64,000 nucleotides of DNA from Raja brachyura (taxonomy: Eukaryota). A program made the position numbers and the translations under genes. Location: contig OY740820.1 of NCBI GenBank assembly GCA_963514005.1, positions 8,494,001-8,558,000 on the forward strand, in the 5' to 3' direction. Positions 1 to 14,400 of the stretch are shown piece by piece. The notes beneath the pieces were generated by a model. That model did no database searches and was not told where the DNA came from. It worked only from the letters and a program-made list of their open reading frames with translations. Position 1 is the first letter of the stretch; each line of letters starts with the position of its first letter.

Positions 1-429
1 TTGTAGTTACGCCCACCAGCTTGTTAGCGTCGCCGTCTACTGCACTCCGTTAGTCTAAAACGTGAACTCTCAAGTGAGATTATTATTACAGGGACTCTAA
101 ATCAACATGTCTGCCAACCAATTTTCTATCCATGTCAATATCCTACCCCCAATACCATGTGCTCTAATTTTGCCCACTAATCTCCTATGTGGGACCTTAT
201 CAAAGGCTTTCTGAAAGTCCAGGTATACTACATCTACTGGCTCTTGCTTGTCCATTTTCCTAGTACATCCTCAAAGAATTCCAGAAGATTCCCCTGCAAC
301 CACAGAAGATGCAACACCCAATGCTATTCCTCCTCCCTCGACTCTGTCCAGGGACCCTGACAGTCCTTTCAGGTTAGGCAGAGGTTCACTTGCACCTCCT
401 CCAACCTCATCTACTGTATCTGTATCTGA

Positions 430-1590
430 ACATCAAGGCATATGAAGGTTGACAGATCTCCTGGACCTGATATCCGAGGACACTAGAAAGCTAGAAAGCT
501 AGAGAAGAAATGACAGGTAGCCTTGCTGAGTTCAATGAATAATCATTAGATACGGGTGGGATGTCGGAAGACTGGAGCATGGCTTATCTTGTGCCTCTAT
601 TTGAGAAGGGCTGCAAGGAAAGCCTGGGAACTATAGACCAGTGAGCCTAATAACTGTGGTAGGCAAGTTACTGGTGAGGATTCTGAGGGATAAGATATTT
701 ATGCATTTGGATAGACAGGGGTTGATAAGGGATAGTCAGCATGGTTTTGTATGTGGGCGATCATGTCTCATAAATCTGAGTTTTTTGAATATGCACCAAA
801 AAGATTGATGAGGGCCGAGACGTAAACAAACCAACATGGGTTTCATCGGACATTTGAAAGCTGCTCTGGATGGTTAGATTGCATAGGATCTAGGGAGCTA
901 GACAACTGGATAGAATATTGGCTTCATGGAAGGAAGCAGAGGGTGATGGTGTTTTCAGAATGGAGGCCTGTGACTTGTGGTGTACCTCAGGGATTGGTGT
1001 TGGGCCCATTGCTGTGGCCCATTGTGGTTTATATCAACGATTTGGATGAGAATGTACAAGGCATGATTAGTAAGTCTGCAGATGACACTAAATTAGGTGG
1101 TGTTGTAGATGGCAAAAATGGTTATCACAAATTATAGCAGTATCTTGACCAGTTGCCTAATAGAGTTTTGGGTACTCAAACCAGGGCAGGAACTTCACAT
1201 TGGATCTCGGGCTGTGTGGAGTGCTGTAGTGCAGAGGGATCTAGGAATGCAGGTGCATTATTCCTTGAAAGTGGCATCACAGGTAGATAGGGTGGTCAAT
1301 AAGGGTTTCAGCCCATTGGCCTTTAACAGTCAGGGTATTGTGTAAAGCATTTGGGATGCTTTATGTTACAGTTGGGCAAGACGTTGGTGAAGCCACATTT
1401 TAAATAATGTGGTCAGTTTTGGTCATCCTGTGCAGGAAAGATGTTGTTCAGCTGTAATGAGTGCAGAGCAGGTTTGCGAGGATGTTGCCAGGACATGAGT
1501 GCATGAGCTATGGGGAGAGGTTGGGTAGACTAGCATTTTATTCATCGTAATGCAGGAGGACGAGGGAAGATCTTGCAGAGGTGTATACGC
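430..1590 (+). mobile_element. Old CR1 LINE RT fragment
   Basis: [30 protein letters not shown] in broken frames; an inverted CR1 piece lies at about 110-290. Confidence 0.88.
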
Positions 1591-2074
1591 TGGGCTGAAG
1601 GACTGATAGAGATGGGGAGAGAATGCTGGAAAAGGGGTGGGAGTGGGGCAAAGCCTGAGACGTGACGATTGCTGAGGGTCAGGGGCACGTGGCAGATGGG
1701 AGGATGAAGTCTGAGATGGGGGTGGGGGAAATGTGAGTGGAAGGATTACTTGACATTGGAGAATTCAATGTTTCTGATATGACACTGAAGATAGATAAAT
1801 CAGTTATGATTACAGCAGGCTTGAAGGACCTACTCCTTTTTTCTGAACTAATTTGTGTCAGAGCTCCTTGTCTCATGCTCATAATGCTACGGAATCCACA
1901 TCCATTTTAATTACCTTATTTATTTTTGCCATACTTGAAAATATCCACATGTCAGTTCTGAAACTCTTGCACCCCCTTAACCATTCTCCTGGCATTCTTC
2001 CAAGATGCAATGGCAACTGCCTTCATTTTTTCTGAAGTGTTTTGAACCCACTCACCCATCTTTTCTCGTTGCAG

Positions 2075-2458
2075 GGGACAGCGGAATCGTACCAACTAGC
2101 CGAGGGATGTTCAGCGGATGTACTACGCTGCAGAATCACTGGGGAAATCATGGAACTGGGCCTCGTTAAATATCAGGGCAGGAACTGGACCAGTCGGGTT
2201 AAAATTGAAGCAGCACTGCCCGAGTTTTTCCCAGTCTGCTTCACTGCCGATGTTGGCATGACCATCGACTTGCTTATCCACGTTGGGAAAGTTCGTGGCC
2301 TGCTAGTTCTGTCTGTCTACAGCCCATACTGGATCATTAACAAGACCTCAAGAGTTCTGCAATATCGGGCAGAAGACATACACGTGAAGCACCCTGCAGA
2401 CTTCAGCGATGTCATCCTGTTTTCCTTCAAGCGAAAAAATATTTTCAGCAAAAATAAG
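2075..2458 (+). CDS. VPS13C: VPS13C exon A (GTAESYQL...IFSKNK), VAB region
   Basis: Acceptor ttttctcgttgcag; 384 nt; ends AAG|GCATGT (GC donor); contains [16 protein letters not shown]. Confidence 0.93.
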
Positions 2459-5400
2459 GCATGTACAATTCCTGTTGGTCAATTAATTTCATGGAAACAA
2501 TATATTTAATGTTATATTTCTTAAAAGGCACAGAGAAAAGCATTTGAACAGCATTTGATTGATTTGAGCTTTATTAAGGGACTGTTTTACATCTCTTCTC
2601 AATTTTTTGTAAATGCAGAATTGGCCACAAAGGTCTGACAATACTCTCCCTATCACATACATAGTTAATGGAAGATGGTTTAAAGAACAGCAACAGTAAC
2701 TTGTTATTTGGACAGCAGGTTCGCTTGGGCAGCTTACACCCCAGCAGTCTGAATATTTAACTTCTCTAACTTCATGTAACCCTTGCTTTCCCTCTCTCTC
2801 CTTCCCCGCCCCCTTCTCCGTTCTCCGATTAGTCCGACTGTCCCTGATAACATTTTATCTCAGTTTGCTTTGTTGTTAACGTCTCCGAGCTAACAATGTT
2901 CTACTCTACATTTTCCTTGAGCTTCACCCCTTTTGATGTCTCGTTCTCACACCTTACACTTCCTTATCGCTGTACCTCCCCCTCCCCTGACTCTCAGTCT
3001 GAAGAAGGGTCTCAACCCGAACGGTCACCCATTCCTTCTCTCCAGAGATGGCGCTTGTCCTGCAGAGGTACTCCAGCATTTCGTGTCTATCTTCGTAATA
3101 AACCTCTCTCAGGATAGAGAAATACCCTTGCTGTTCATGCATGATATTCTGCAAAATGACACAGTAATTGAACGATGTGTTACGGGTTTCTGAAATGACT
3201 GATTTTGGATAACCGTTTACATCCAGGAAGTGACACTATAAGACTAAAGCATGGATATATTCAGACATTTGACGAAACCGTGCATCATTGCACCCAAAGT
3301 GTGCATTGGGAAGCCATTGAAGTCATGGCTATTGACAAATCTCACAGTATGGAAATAAGATTATGGCCCACTGAACACACATTGACTGTAATGTTCTCTG
3401 TAAGGCCCTGTTGTGACTAGCACAATGAATACACGTCCGCCATCTTGTAAGTACGATTTAATCTGAACGACCAACGGAAAATTATCGAAGGTGACCTGAC
3501 CTCAGTCACGAGGCACAGGCACATTTGCCAGCTTCAGCGTTTGGCCTCTAGGGGCTCTGGCATTTATATTACATATACATTCAGCACCCATTTACACTAT
3601 TCCTGTTTTTATTCTCTTTGCATTCCCACCAACCATCCTTTGATATCCCCTCACCAACATACTGGGGGAGTTTACAGTGGCTAACTAACCTTGGAGATGT
3701 GGGGGGAAACTGGAGCTCATAGGGAGGACATGCAAACTCCATATCGAGAGCATCCAAGGTCACAGTTGAACCCTGGATGTAAGGGGCTGTGAGCCAGCTG
3801 TTCCTCTGTTCTGCACTAAATTATGGTCATAGTGAGATACACAGCAGAAACGGGCTCCTTGGCCCACCAAGTCTACACTCAAACACACATTTACACTGAT
3901 CCTACACCAGTATAATGTTATTTTAGTCTCCCCACATTCTCATCAGCTCCCCCCAGGTTCTCCACTCACACGAAGGGCAATTTTCAGCAACCAATGCACT
4001 CACCAACCCTGCGCGTCCTTAGACTGTGGGAGGAAACTGGAGCACACAGTTCCCAGGGAGACTCCACACACCTGCAAACTCCACACACCTTGGCCTCCAG
4101 TTTAGTTTAGTTTAGAGATATAGCCCTTCGGCCCACCGAGTCTGCGCCGACCAGCGATCCCTGCACATTAACATTTTTTTACACACACTGGGGACAATTT
4201 ACAATTTTACCAAAGCCAATTAACCTATAAACCTGAATGTCTTTTGAAGTGCGGGAGGAAACCGGAGCACCCAGAGAAAGCCCACGCATCTAGTAGCCAC
4301 TGTGAGGCAGTAGTTCCACTGGATGTACCATCTGCCATCAGTGCTCTTTATCTACCAGATATGTCATTCCTCTTTCCCTTCTTCATTTGTTTTTGACTTT
4401 CCTAAGTTCAACACCTTTCTTCCGTCATGCTCTCTTTAATTCTTTCTGTATTACGTTTCTGCTTTTGATTTCAATTTCACTCCCGACTGTTCACTAGGAG
4501 ATCCTGTGAATCAGCTCACGCAACTGACTGGGTGAATCCAGGCAGGCTGGAATAGAATAGAATCAGACAGTTGTTGAAGGATTGTGATGGCTCACATTCA
4601 CTGAAGGCCTTGTCATTTATTCTCTTGCCCTGTCACATTCTGTTCCATTCGCCCCCTATGCACAAGAAATTTCAGATCACAACTGCATTCCGAGTATATG
4701 TTATATTCCTCACAATTCACGTGCATTTCCCCCTAGAAATCCACCACTCTTGTTCCTTGAACAACCCATTAATGGCAACTGCCTCTTTCGTGAGTCTAGT
4801 TAAGATAGTCAAAATCTTGTAAGCTGCCTTCCCTACTTGTACCCAAGCTTCACTGAAGGTCCTTAAACCATGTCAACCGTCAGAACGTTAAAGATCTTTT
4901 GACCCCAATTAGTGGTGGATTTACTCCCCATCTTGATGTCAAAATATTGGGTTAAATATAATCAGCGTTGAAGGATTTGTACTGAATCTGTATAGTAATG
5001 CCTTGCAAGTTCTGTCACACTGAACCAGGTGTGGATACTGAGGACCAGGGCACTTAGCAATGAGGCTTGAAGAGGGAGAACGGAAATACATTATTTTCGC
5101 CATCTTTTCCCCATCTTAGTCATAGAGTGATACAGTGTGGAAACAGGCCCAACTTGCCCACACAGGCCAACATGTCCCAGTTACACTAGTACCTCCTGCC
5201 AGCATTTGGTCCACATCCCTCCAAACCTGTCCTATCCATATCTAACTTTTTTAAACGTTGGGATAGTCCCAGCCTCAAGTACCTCCTGAGGCAGCTTGTT
5301 CCATACACCCACCACCCTTTGTGTAAAAAGAGTTACCGCTCAGATTCCTATTAAATCTTTTCTGGACTGATTGCCAAATGATAAATGATAAATGCTCAAT

Positions 5401-8400
5401 TTGTTGTGGCTTAATATGTCAGTGACATATTAAGTCACAACAAATTGAGCATGCAGACCTATGTTCAAAGAGGCATTTAAGGATTGTCAATAAAAGGTGG
5501 CTTTGCCAACAATTCCTGATCCCAGAAATTAATTAAAAGATTGAAAATTATAGATATTTTCAATATATTTTAAATAACATTTATCAATTATCTTCAAGAA
5601 CATTTTTCAATATTTTGCCTTGTGATGCAAACAACAACTAAATTTTTATTAGTGATCAAAACTCCTCATCTCGTGCATCAGAAATGACATATTAATTTAG
5701 TCATAATATTTTGCCCTAATATCTACTGCGCTGCATATCAGATTGTAAATGATAGTAAATAAAGGATATGAGGTTGGTGAGAATTTGGATTAAGCTTCCT
5801 TGGAATTCTATTCTGAAAGTTATTTATGGAGGGGTTGGTAAAATGCATCTTTCTTTTCACAAACAGATTCAGCTCAGCGTCTCCACCAGTAGCTGGTCTA
5901 ATGGTTTTTCATTAGACACTGTGGGAAGTTATGGATGTGTGAAGTGTCCTGCAAAGAATAAGGAATATCTGGTGAGTGTTCAGAGTCACATTGCAGTTTG
6001 AATTAATTTAGATTGCAGGTTCTGCATGAGTGTACGGTTAAAATAGATTTGCAGTGTCAATACCAAGTTATTATAATAGTTTGTATTTCTCCATTTTTCG
6101 CTTGATTGATTTGTTGTAAAGACTCCGTGCACTGTTTAGCTGCATCATGGAGCAAGGGACTTGTACAACACAATGTAGGCCCTTCAGCCCAGCCCCCCCA
6201 TGCCCCGACCAAAGGGATCAACTAAACTAGTGCCGTTTGCCTGCCATCTAAACCTTTCCCTCCCATGTACCTGTCCAAATGTCTTTAAAATGCTGTAATT
6301 ATCCTTACCTCGAACACTGGCAAGGCATTCCATATACCCGCCATCCTCTGTGAACAAACATTTGTTTTAGATCCCCATTAAATTTATCCCCCTCTCACCT
6401 TAACTCGTTGCTTTCTAGTTGACTGCACTGCCCTGTGGGAAACAACGACTGACCATTCAGCTTCAGCCCCTCATGATTTTGTAAACCTCTAAGTTCCCCC
6501 ATCAGCATCCTTCACTCCAGGAAAAACAGGCCCAGTCTCTCCAGCCTCTCCTTGTAACTCAGAACATTCAGTCCCAGTAGCATCCGTGTAAATCTTTTGT
6601 GCATCCTTTCCAGTTTAGTTGCAACTTTCCACGAGGATTGCAACTTAAACTGCACACATGTCCAGGTGTGCTCTCACCTTTACTCAGTGCCATGCACTAC
6701 CCTCACTACTCTTGCTCCTCCTCAACTTCTCTGTACTACAACACTTACCAAGGCAACTAACTGTAGGTTTTGTCCTGGTTCAATGATCCAAAAAGCTTCA
6801 CTTTGAACTCGGTTTGGTTTCCCAGTTGATTTTGATCCTGTTGACAACCTTCCTCATCAGTGACACCCACAAACTTACACCTTTGTATCCAGTAAACTAA
6901 TATAGTTGCTAATCAACAGGCAACTCCTGTGGTACACCACTGGTCACAGGCATCCAATTCCTGAATATCACCCTCTACCTCCAATCACTGCTAATTGCTT
7001 ATCTTATTGGATACTTGCTTTGAATCCTATGTAGTCTAACCTTCTAGACCAGACTACCATGAAGGACCTTGTCAAAGACCTTGGTCAAGCCACTAGTACA
7101 GAAAAGACACAGTCATTGAGTCTTACAGCATAGAAACAGGCCCTTTGGCCCCTTGCCCACACCGACTAACATGTCCCATCTACACTTGTCCCACCTGCCT
7201 ACATTTGGCACATGTCCATCTAAACCTCGTCCTATCCATGTTCCTGTCTAAATATTTGTTAAACATTGCGATAATCCCTGCCTTAACGACCTCTTCCGGC
7301 AGCTTGTTCCATTGTGTGGAATAGTTACCACTCAGGTTCCTATTAAATCTCTCCCCCCTCACTTTAGACCTATGTCCTCTGGTTCTTGATTCCCCTACTT
7401 TGGGCAAGAGATTCCGTGCATCTACCTGATCTATTCCTCTCATGTTTTTGTACACCTCTACAAGATACAGCAAGTTAGGCAGCATCTCTGGAGGACTTGG
7501 ACAGGTGACGTTTTGGAGTCCGGACTCGAAACATCACCTATCCATGTTCTCCAGAGATGCTGCCTGACCCACTGAGTTACTCCAGCACTAATGGGTGGAG
7601 TTATTCCAGGACTGTTAATATCATAAACCTGCATCTGCAGTTCCATGATTCTTCACGTACAGAATACTTCTAGCTACATGTTCCCTGTGAAGAATATGCT
7701 GCAAATGTTTCCCTTTTCAGGCTGAGTGTGTTGCTGCTTCTTGGTGACACTTGAAGTACTTGGGTTTTGTATTATTATACTGTACATGGCCTTAACGTAC
7801 ATGAGATCCTAGAGTTCTGACATATTGGAAATCTGAATTATCCAGTTAGATTTCATGTTTGGGAAGAGTAATTCATTCCGTAGTCACTCCTTGATAATGT
7901 AAGATATATAAACTTGACTCCGTATTAACTCTTTCTCTAAATCGCAGGTTGGAGTAGCCATTAAAGTGAGCAGTTTCAACATGACAAAAGTTGTCACCTT
8001 AACTCCATTCTACACTTTGGTCAATAAATCTTCCTACGAGCTGGAGGTTGGAGAAGAGCAATCCAGTAACTTGGCAAAAAGTGGGAAATGGATTTATATT
8101 TCGTCAGCTGAGGTACAGTATGGGATTTCAGTTTTCAAGTCTGATTGTGCCAGATGTTTTAACAATGCAATCTCCTGTATTAACAAAATCCCAAGCACAC
8201 TTCAATACAAGCGATATCCAGGACACTGTAGCGGTAAAGCATGTCAAAGACAATCTGTCCATACTTTTCCCTATTCCTATCTGATATATATCTGTGTAGA
8301 ATTCTTTTATGACATATTTTCCAAACATTTAACTTTAACGGGATATTTAATCTCGATCAGTGTAGTTTAGTTTATTGTCACAGGCACTGAAAAGCTTTTT

Positions 8401-11400
8401 GTTGCGTGCTATCCCGTCAGTGAAAAGATTATACATGATTACAATCGAGCCGTCCACATCAGGCACGTGCCGTGAGTAATTACTCAGGGTAGGCACTCTT
8501 TCGGATAAAAATAAAAGACCGCGCATGCGCAGATTGTTCTCGCCGTAAAAATAAAAACAGTAACAAGTCAATTTGCCCAAGGCTTCCTCGTCTCCTTTAT
8601 TCTTAATTACTGAAGGGGGAGGGGGAGGGGGGGTGAAGGGTGATTGCAGGTGGAGAGATGGTGGAAAAACGGGAGCATACAGGGAAAAGTTGAATCAGTT
8701 GTCATCTCATTAAATGACAACAAGGGACCAATTGGGGGGGGACAGTTCCTTTCACAGTGTATGGGGAGTCTGCGCCAGGGGTAAAGTTTCGGGGAGAGCA
8801 GGACTGTTGAGAATGAGGGGGTCGGGGATAATGCCAGTAACTCACTCACTTACCGCTGCTGCGGCGCTCCAGGCGTGGAGCCACCACATTGTAGCCGGGG
8901 ATAGAAGCAGCTCGGGTAGCTGCAAGCGGCCACTGGGACCCGACAGTCAAACTGTCCGCCACTTCAGCGCCTTCTGCCGGCCCGCTCACCTCTGTCAGTG
9001 CTCTCTGTCTGAACAACTCTCACCTGCCGCTCACTCATGTCAGCGGCTTCCTGCAAATCCTTAAGTTCCCACAGCCATGTAACCTCAATCGCGCTGTCGG
9101 AATTTAAGGATTTGCGGGACATGAGCGAGCGGCAGGAGTGAGGTTTTGCACGCCTCCGTGCAAGGCGCGTTGCAAGTGGCATTATCCCGATCCCCTCCTT
9201 CACAACATTCGTGCCCTCCCCGCAACTTTACCCCGGGCCAGACTCCCCAAATGCTATGAAAGGAACTCTCCCCCCACCCCCACACCCCGGGGAGTACGGA
9301 ATTTAAAAACATAAACACAAAATGTACTTACCACATTATCGGTACATGAGCTCCATTCTTCTCTCCCTGTTTCCTAAGATACACTTGAAATATTGCCAAT
9401 CCATTTTTGAAAACCCCGCCAAGAAACTAGCGTTGCGCATGCGCAGTAGGATGCTGCCCCTGTGCAGTGCTGCAAAGGCAGAATTTCAGCTGCCTTCAGC
9501 CCCGCTTGAAATTGGCGCTTGAAGCAGCGCTGACGGCACGTGGGCTGCACAGAGCTTCAAGGGTTACAAGCGCTGCGGATGAAAGGCACGGAGAATCATG
9601 CCTACCTAAGAGATCGATCTCTTACATAGGCATAATTCTCCCATGCCTTTATTATTTATATTTAGTTATTACTATGTTATAATTTTAGTCAGGGTAGGCA
9701 GTGCCTGCCTTGCCTAGCCTGACGGCACGTGCCTGGTCCACATGTACAGATACAAGATAAAGGGAATAACATTTAGTGCAAGGTAAAGTCTAATATAGTC
9801 TGATTAAGGATAGTCAGCGGGTCTCCATTGAGGTAGATGGTAGGTCAGGAGCATTCTCTAGTTGGTGTTAGGATGGTTAAGGTACAGGTTTGGATACAAA
9901 TGCCCAGCCTAGAGATTGCATAAATATTATTCAATTCTAACTGGACTTGCCCAAATGCAACCTGTAGGAGACTTGTTGCAATTGGCTTCAAGCTGCCATC
10001 ATATGTCCCGAATGAAGAACTAAAATGGATATTTCTCATGTCAGTTCAAACTTTTACACTGCTTTACGTTATAAATGTCTGGATTATACAAGGATACAAT
10101 GGCAAATCATGACAAGCTGTTCCCAGGTTAAAATCACCCAGCTCATGCATACCCAGCTACATGTCCGAGCACCCTCATCTTATTCAACTCAAACGCCTGG
10201 CGGATGTGCATCCATATTTCAAAGAATGTCAGAACTACTCTCTCTCTCACCATTTTTAATAATTGATCTTTCCTGTCAGGCTTGTGCTTTTGATGCCATT
10301 CATTGCAATACTGTGGCGGTATAGTAATGTTGAATTATGTCTGTGTACTCTCTGACAAAGACAAAATCGTCTTATAAATGTCTGTTAAAACAGTAACTGT
10401 TCAATACCGTGGGATGGGTTGTGCATGGGTGGACAGTATATTCTTTGGTGTGCAGGGAAATTCTAGGAATTGGAAGCTTAAGAACAATACTTTTGTTCTC
10501 TGTGTTAGGTATTGTGTAAAGTTTCCAACAAGTTGGTACTCTTTAGTTGCATTTTCAGAGTCTGGTACAGACCTGCAGTATTAGCATATGAAATGTCGAC
10601 CATTTGGCCCCTTCAGCCTGTTCTGACATTTGCTAAGATCAAAGTTTGTTGACCTCAACTTTACTTTTCTCGACTAAACCCTATCCTCTGTCAATAGTCA
10701 ATAGTCAGATTTATTCGTCACATACACGTTAAAGTGCAGTGAAATGAACTTGCCAGCAGCGGTAGAATAAAAAAGAATACACAATAAAAATGTAACACAA
10801 ACATCCACATGAGTGGCATGGGTGGGGGATCAATTCGTGAAATTTGAAAATTTTGAAAAATGTATATAGACTGTATGGAGACATTTGTATAGCCTCCGAA
10901 AATGTTGGATGGTTTTTTTTTTCGCATGGTTGATGTATTGTATATATTTATTACTCGAATAAAGTCTATTTTGAAATTTTTAAAAAAAAATTCATCACTG
11001 TGGTGGAAGGCACAAAGTACAGTCAGTCCTCCTCCATTTTCCCCCATGGTCGGGACCACAAACCTCCGCAGTCGCCGCTGCGGATGGCCAGATGTGCAGG
11101 CAAGGTAAATCCCGAATCGGTGCGTCCCTACTGGAGACCGCGGCTTCAAGATGATGTAGGCCGCAAGCTGGATAACATTATTTCATTATCCAAACAATTT
11201 TCAATCTCTTCATAAAATGCACCGCAATGACTCAATCTACACAGCCTCTTGGGTGGAGACATCCAAAAAATTGCTTCCCACTCTAAACATCTTTCCACAT
11301 CTTATTTTCTGAATGTGTATTTCAATACGATTGTTTCTTATTCTTCTAGATTCTAAGACTGTAGATATTATAAGTCCAGTCTGCTTATTCTTTTCCACTG

Positions 11401-14400
11401 TCCGTTTCTTTGTCATAGAGTCATACAGTGTGGAAACAGGCCCTTTGGCCAAACTTGCCCACATCGGCCAACATGTCCCAGCTACATGAGTCGCTCCTGC
11501 CAGCATTTGGTCCCTATCCCTCCAAACCTGTCGTATCCAAGCCTATACTATTCTTATACCAATGTAAAGCACTTTGGCCAACGAGAGTTGTTTTTTAAAT
11601 GTGCTATAGAAATAAAAGTGACTTGACTTGTATCCATGTACCTGTCTAACTATTTCTTAAACGTTGGGATAGCCCCTGCCTCAACTACCTCGTCTGGCAG
11701 CTTATTCTATACATTAAGCAATCTTTGTGAGAAAAAGTTACCCCTCAGATTCCTATTGAATCTTTTCCCCTTCTCCTTAAACCTATGTCCTCTAGTCCAC
11801 GATTCCTCTACTCTGGGCAAGAGACTCTGTGCATCTACCCAATCTATTCCTCTCATGATCTTGTACATCTCAAAAAGATAACCCCTCATCCTCCTGTGCT
11901 CCAAGGAATAGTCCCAGCCTACTCAACCTCTCCCTATAGTTCTGAGATCTTTTTCAATCCTCTTTTGTAGAACCACAGAATGGTCAGAGCAGGGAAGGAA
12001 ATTGCTTGGGGCATTGCCTCTGCAGGCTTTCTGTCAGAATAATCGCTGGTTCCAAGGTGCAGTCCCACCTCTGCAGTCTTGTTTGCCACTTGCTCGTGAA
12101 GGCCACAGTGGGCTCTGCCTCCACTTGGATCTTTTGAACCCCCAAATCACTGCCTACGCCACCACGCACCATGCGTGCGTAATGCACACCATACGCGCAT
12201 CACGTGCGCGCCACGACATGCCGTCGTACATAGTGACGCGTGAATGATGTTGCATAAATGACGGGCAAATGGTGGGACATGCCCTTAAGTGGCCCAGGCC
12301 TATCAGTCTTCCACCAACAGCTCCCACTATCTTCCTGCACAGACCATCGTCATTTGAGATGTTTATCTAAGATCTCCATCCAGTCTTCCCCTGAGATACT
12401 GTTCTGAGCCTCACCTTGTACCTGTTCTGTAACTGAGTCCAACTTGCTTTCTTTCTGAGTTCTGATAAATAATCTTTGCCTTGAAACGTTAACTTATTTC
12501 TTAGTTGCTTGACTGTGTGAGTTTGAGTTCTTCCAGCATTTGTGTTTTTGTTTCAGATTCCAATATCTATCTGCCACTGCTGAGGTTACCCTGACTGGTG
12601 TGATCTTATCCTTATTCCATTTATTGAGCAAGGGAGTGATATTGTCCGACCTCCAGCACCATTCACTTCAGTGAATAAATCTCCTCCTCCACACCAATGA
12701 TCCACCTCTTGTTTCCATCATCAGCAAACTCAGACATGTGGCATTTAGTGCCCTTAGCCAAATCCAGCTTCCTCCCCCCACCCCCCCGTGTCTAGAATTG
12801 ATTTAACAACTCTTGCTGCAAGTGATCCTGAATGTTTTTGTTAATATTTTAGTTATTTATGATAAATAAAATATGTATTTAGCTATGTTTGATATGGAGC
12901 AATTTTACTTCGGAGTCACGTGAGTAACATATCGTCGTTCGCATGCGGAAGCGACAGTCGGGAGGAGCGGGGCTCCTCCAGCGTAAGTTTCAAAACTTAC
13001 GAACGGTAAGACTCACCGGAGTGGTGAGCGCGGCGAGAGCAGCGGCAAGAGCTGCTGCTATAGAGAGCAGCCAGCAGCGTGCCGTTTTCTCCTGAGCTGC
13101 AAGTGGTACCTGCAGCTCCCGACTTCCCGCCCGGGAGGGCCGCTGGTTCGCCACGGACAGGCGGTAAATCCACCCGGAAGCCGGTCGGGACTGCCGACTC
13201 AGCTGGGTCCAGTCCCGAGGACACCCCGTTCGCTGTTAGCGACGGAGGTCGTCTTACCCGCATGGAGCGGATGGTGGAGCAATTGCTCCAGCGTGACCTG
13301 CTTTTGCAGGGGCAGGGTCACGGTGGGCCTCTTCGCAGGCCCACGGCAGGATCCTATTATGGACTGCCTAATGTCTCACCCTCTTCGCAGGGGAGCATTG
13401 GGGGTCAGAACTGGGCTGACCCTGAAGAGGGGGAGTTGGCTGAACAACCAACAGTGTCCGGGGTGCAAGAAGAGTTACTGGATATGGTAAGCAAACATGC
13501 AGTTCCTTCTCAAAAAGGTTACCTATCCACCCTAGCTGGCAGCTAGTTCAATTATATGACTACAAACCAGCTTCAGGAGCAAGCCATCAATGCTACAGCT
13601 GATAAGTATCTTGCTCCTGAAAATTGTAACTCGCTGATTGTTCCCGCGGTGAATAACCCTATTTGGGGGAACATGAGCCCTACGATTAGAGGGCAAGGAG
13701 TCAAACTTCAGAGGATCCTGAAGCTTTTGACCGCCGGAATTACGGCAGTGGCCAGTACTGCGGTGGGTATAGAGCTACCGGTAGAAACAGGATGCTCTGG
13801 CCTTACTGTGTAACACAGTTTGAGATAATAACTACAGGAAGAGCATTATCAAACCGGCACTCAACCCCAAAATTGCGGGGTTATGCAAACCAGGTAACGC
13901 TCAACCACCAAATCTGCTGTGCGCAGATAACCTCCCCAAACAGGTGAAAGACCTGGACAAAGAGGCCAAGGCCATAGGCCTGATAAAGGTACCCAGTACC
14001 TCCAAACCACACTACCAACAGCAACAGCACCCCTACACACCCACCGGACAGCGATATCACAACAGATCGTCCGGTGGTGAAAGCTTGAAGGCCGGCCCAC
14101 CTGCACAACAGCCTTTTTTAGGCCATGGCCCAGCCCGGCCTTCTTGGAAAATGCGCCACCCCTACAACGCAGCAACTCAACAGAGAAATAACGGTGGTAT
14201 TGGACCGCAACACCGGCAATACCTTGGAGGTAGGTGGGTCTGCCTCCCCCAGGAACATCATATGTCTAAATTCATCTTATGGGGGAGGCCGGTTGCACTT
14301 GTTTTATGAAGTATGGCGCACTTTTACCTCTGATCCTTACATACTCGGAAGTATTCAGGGCTATAAAATTGAATTCATTTACGAACTCCCTACCCCGGTC

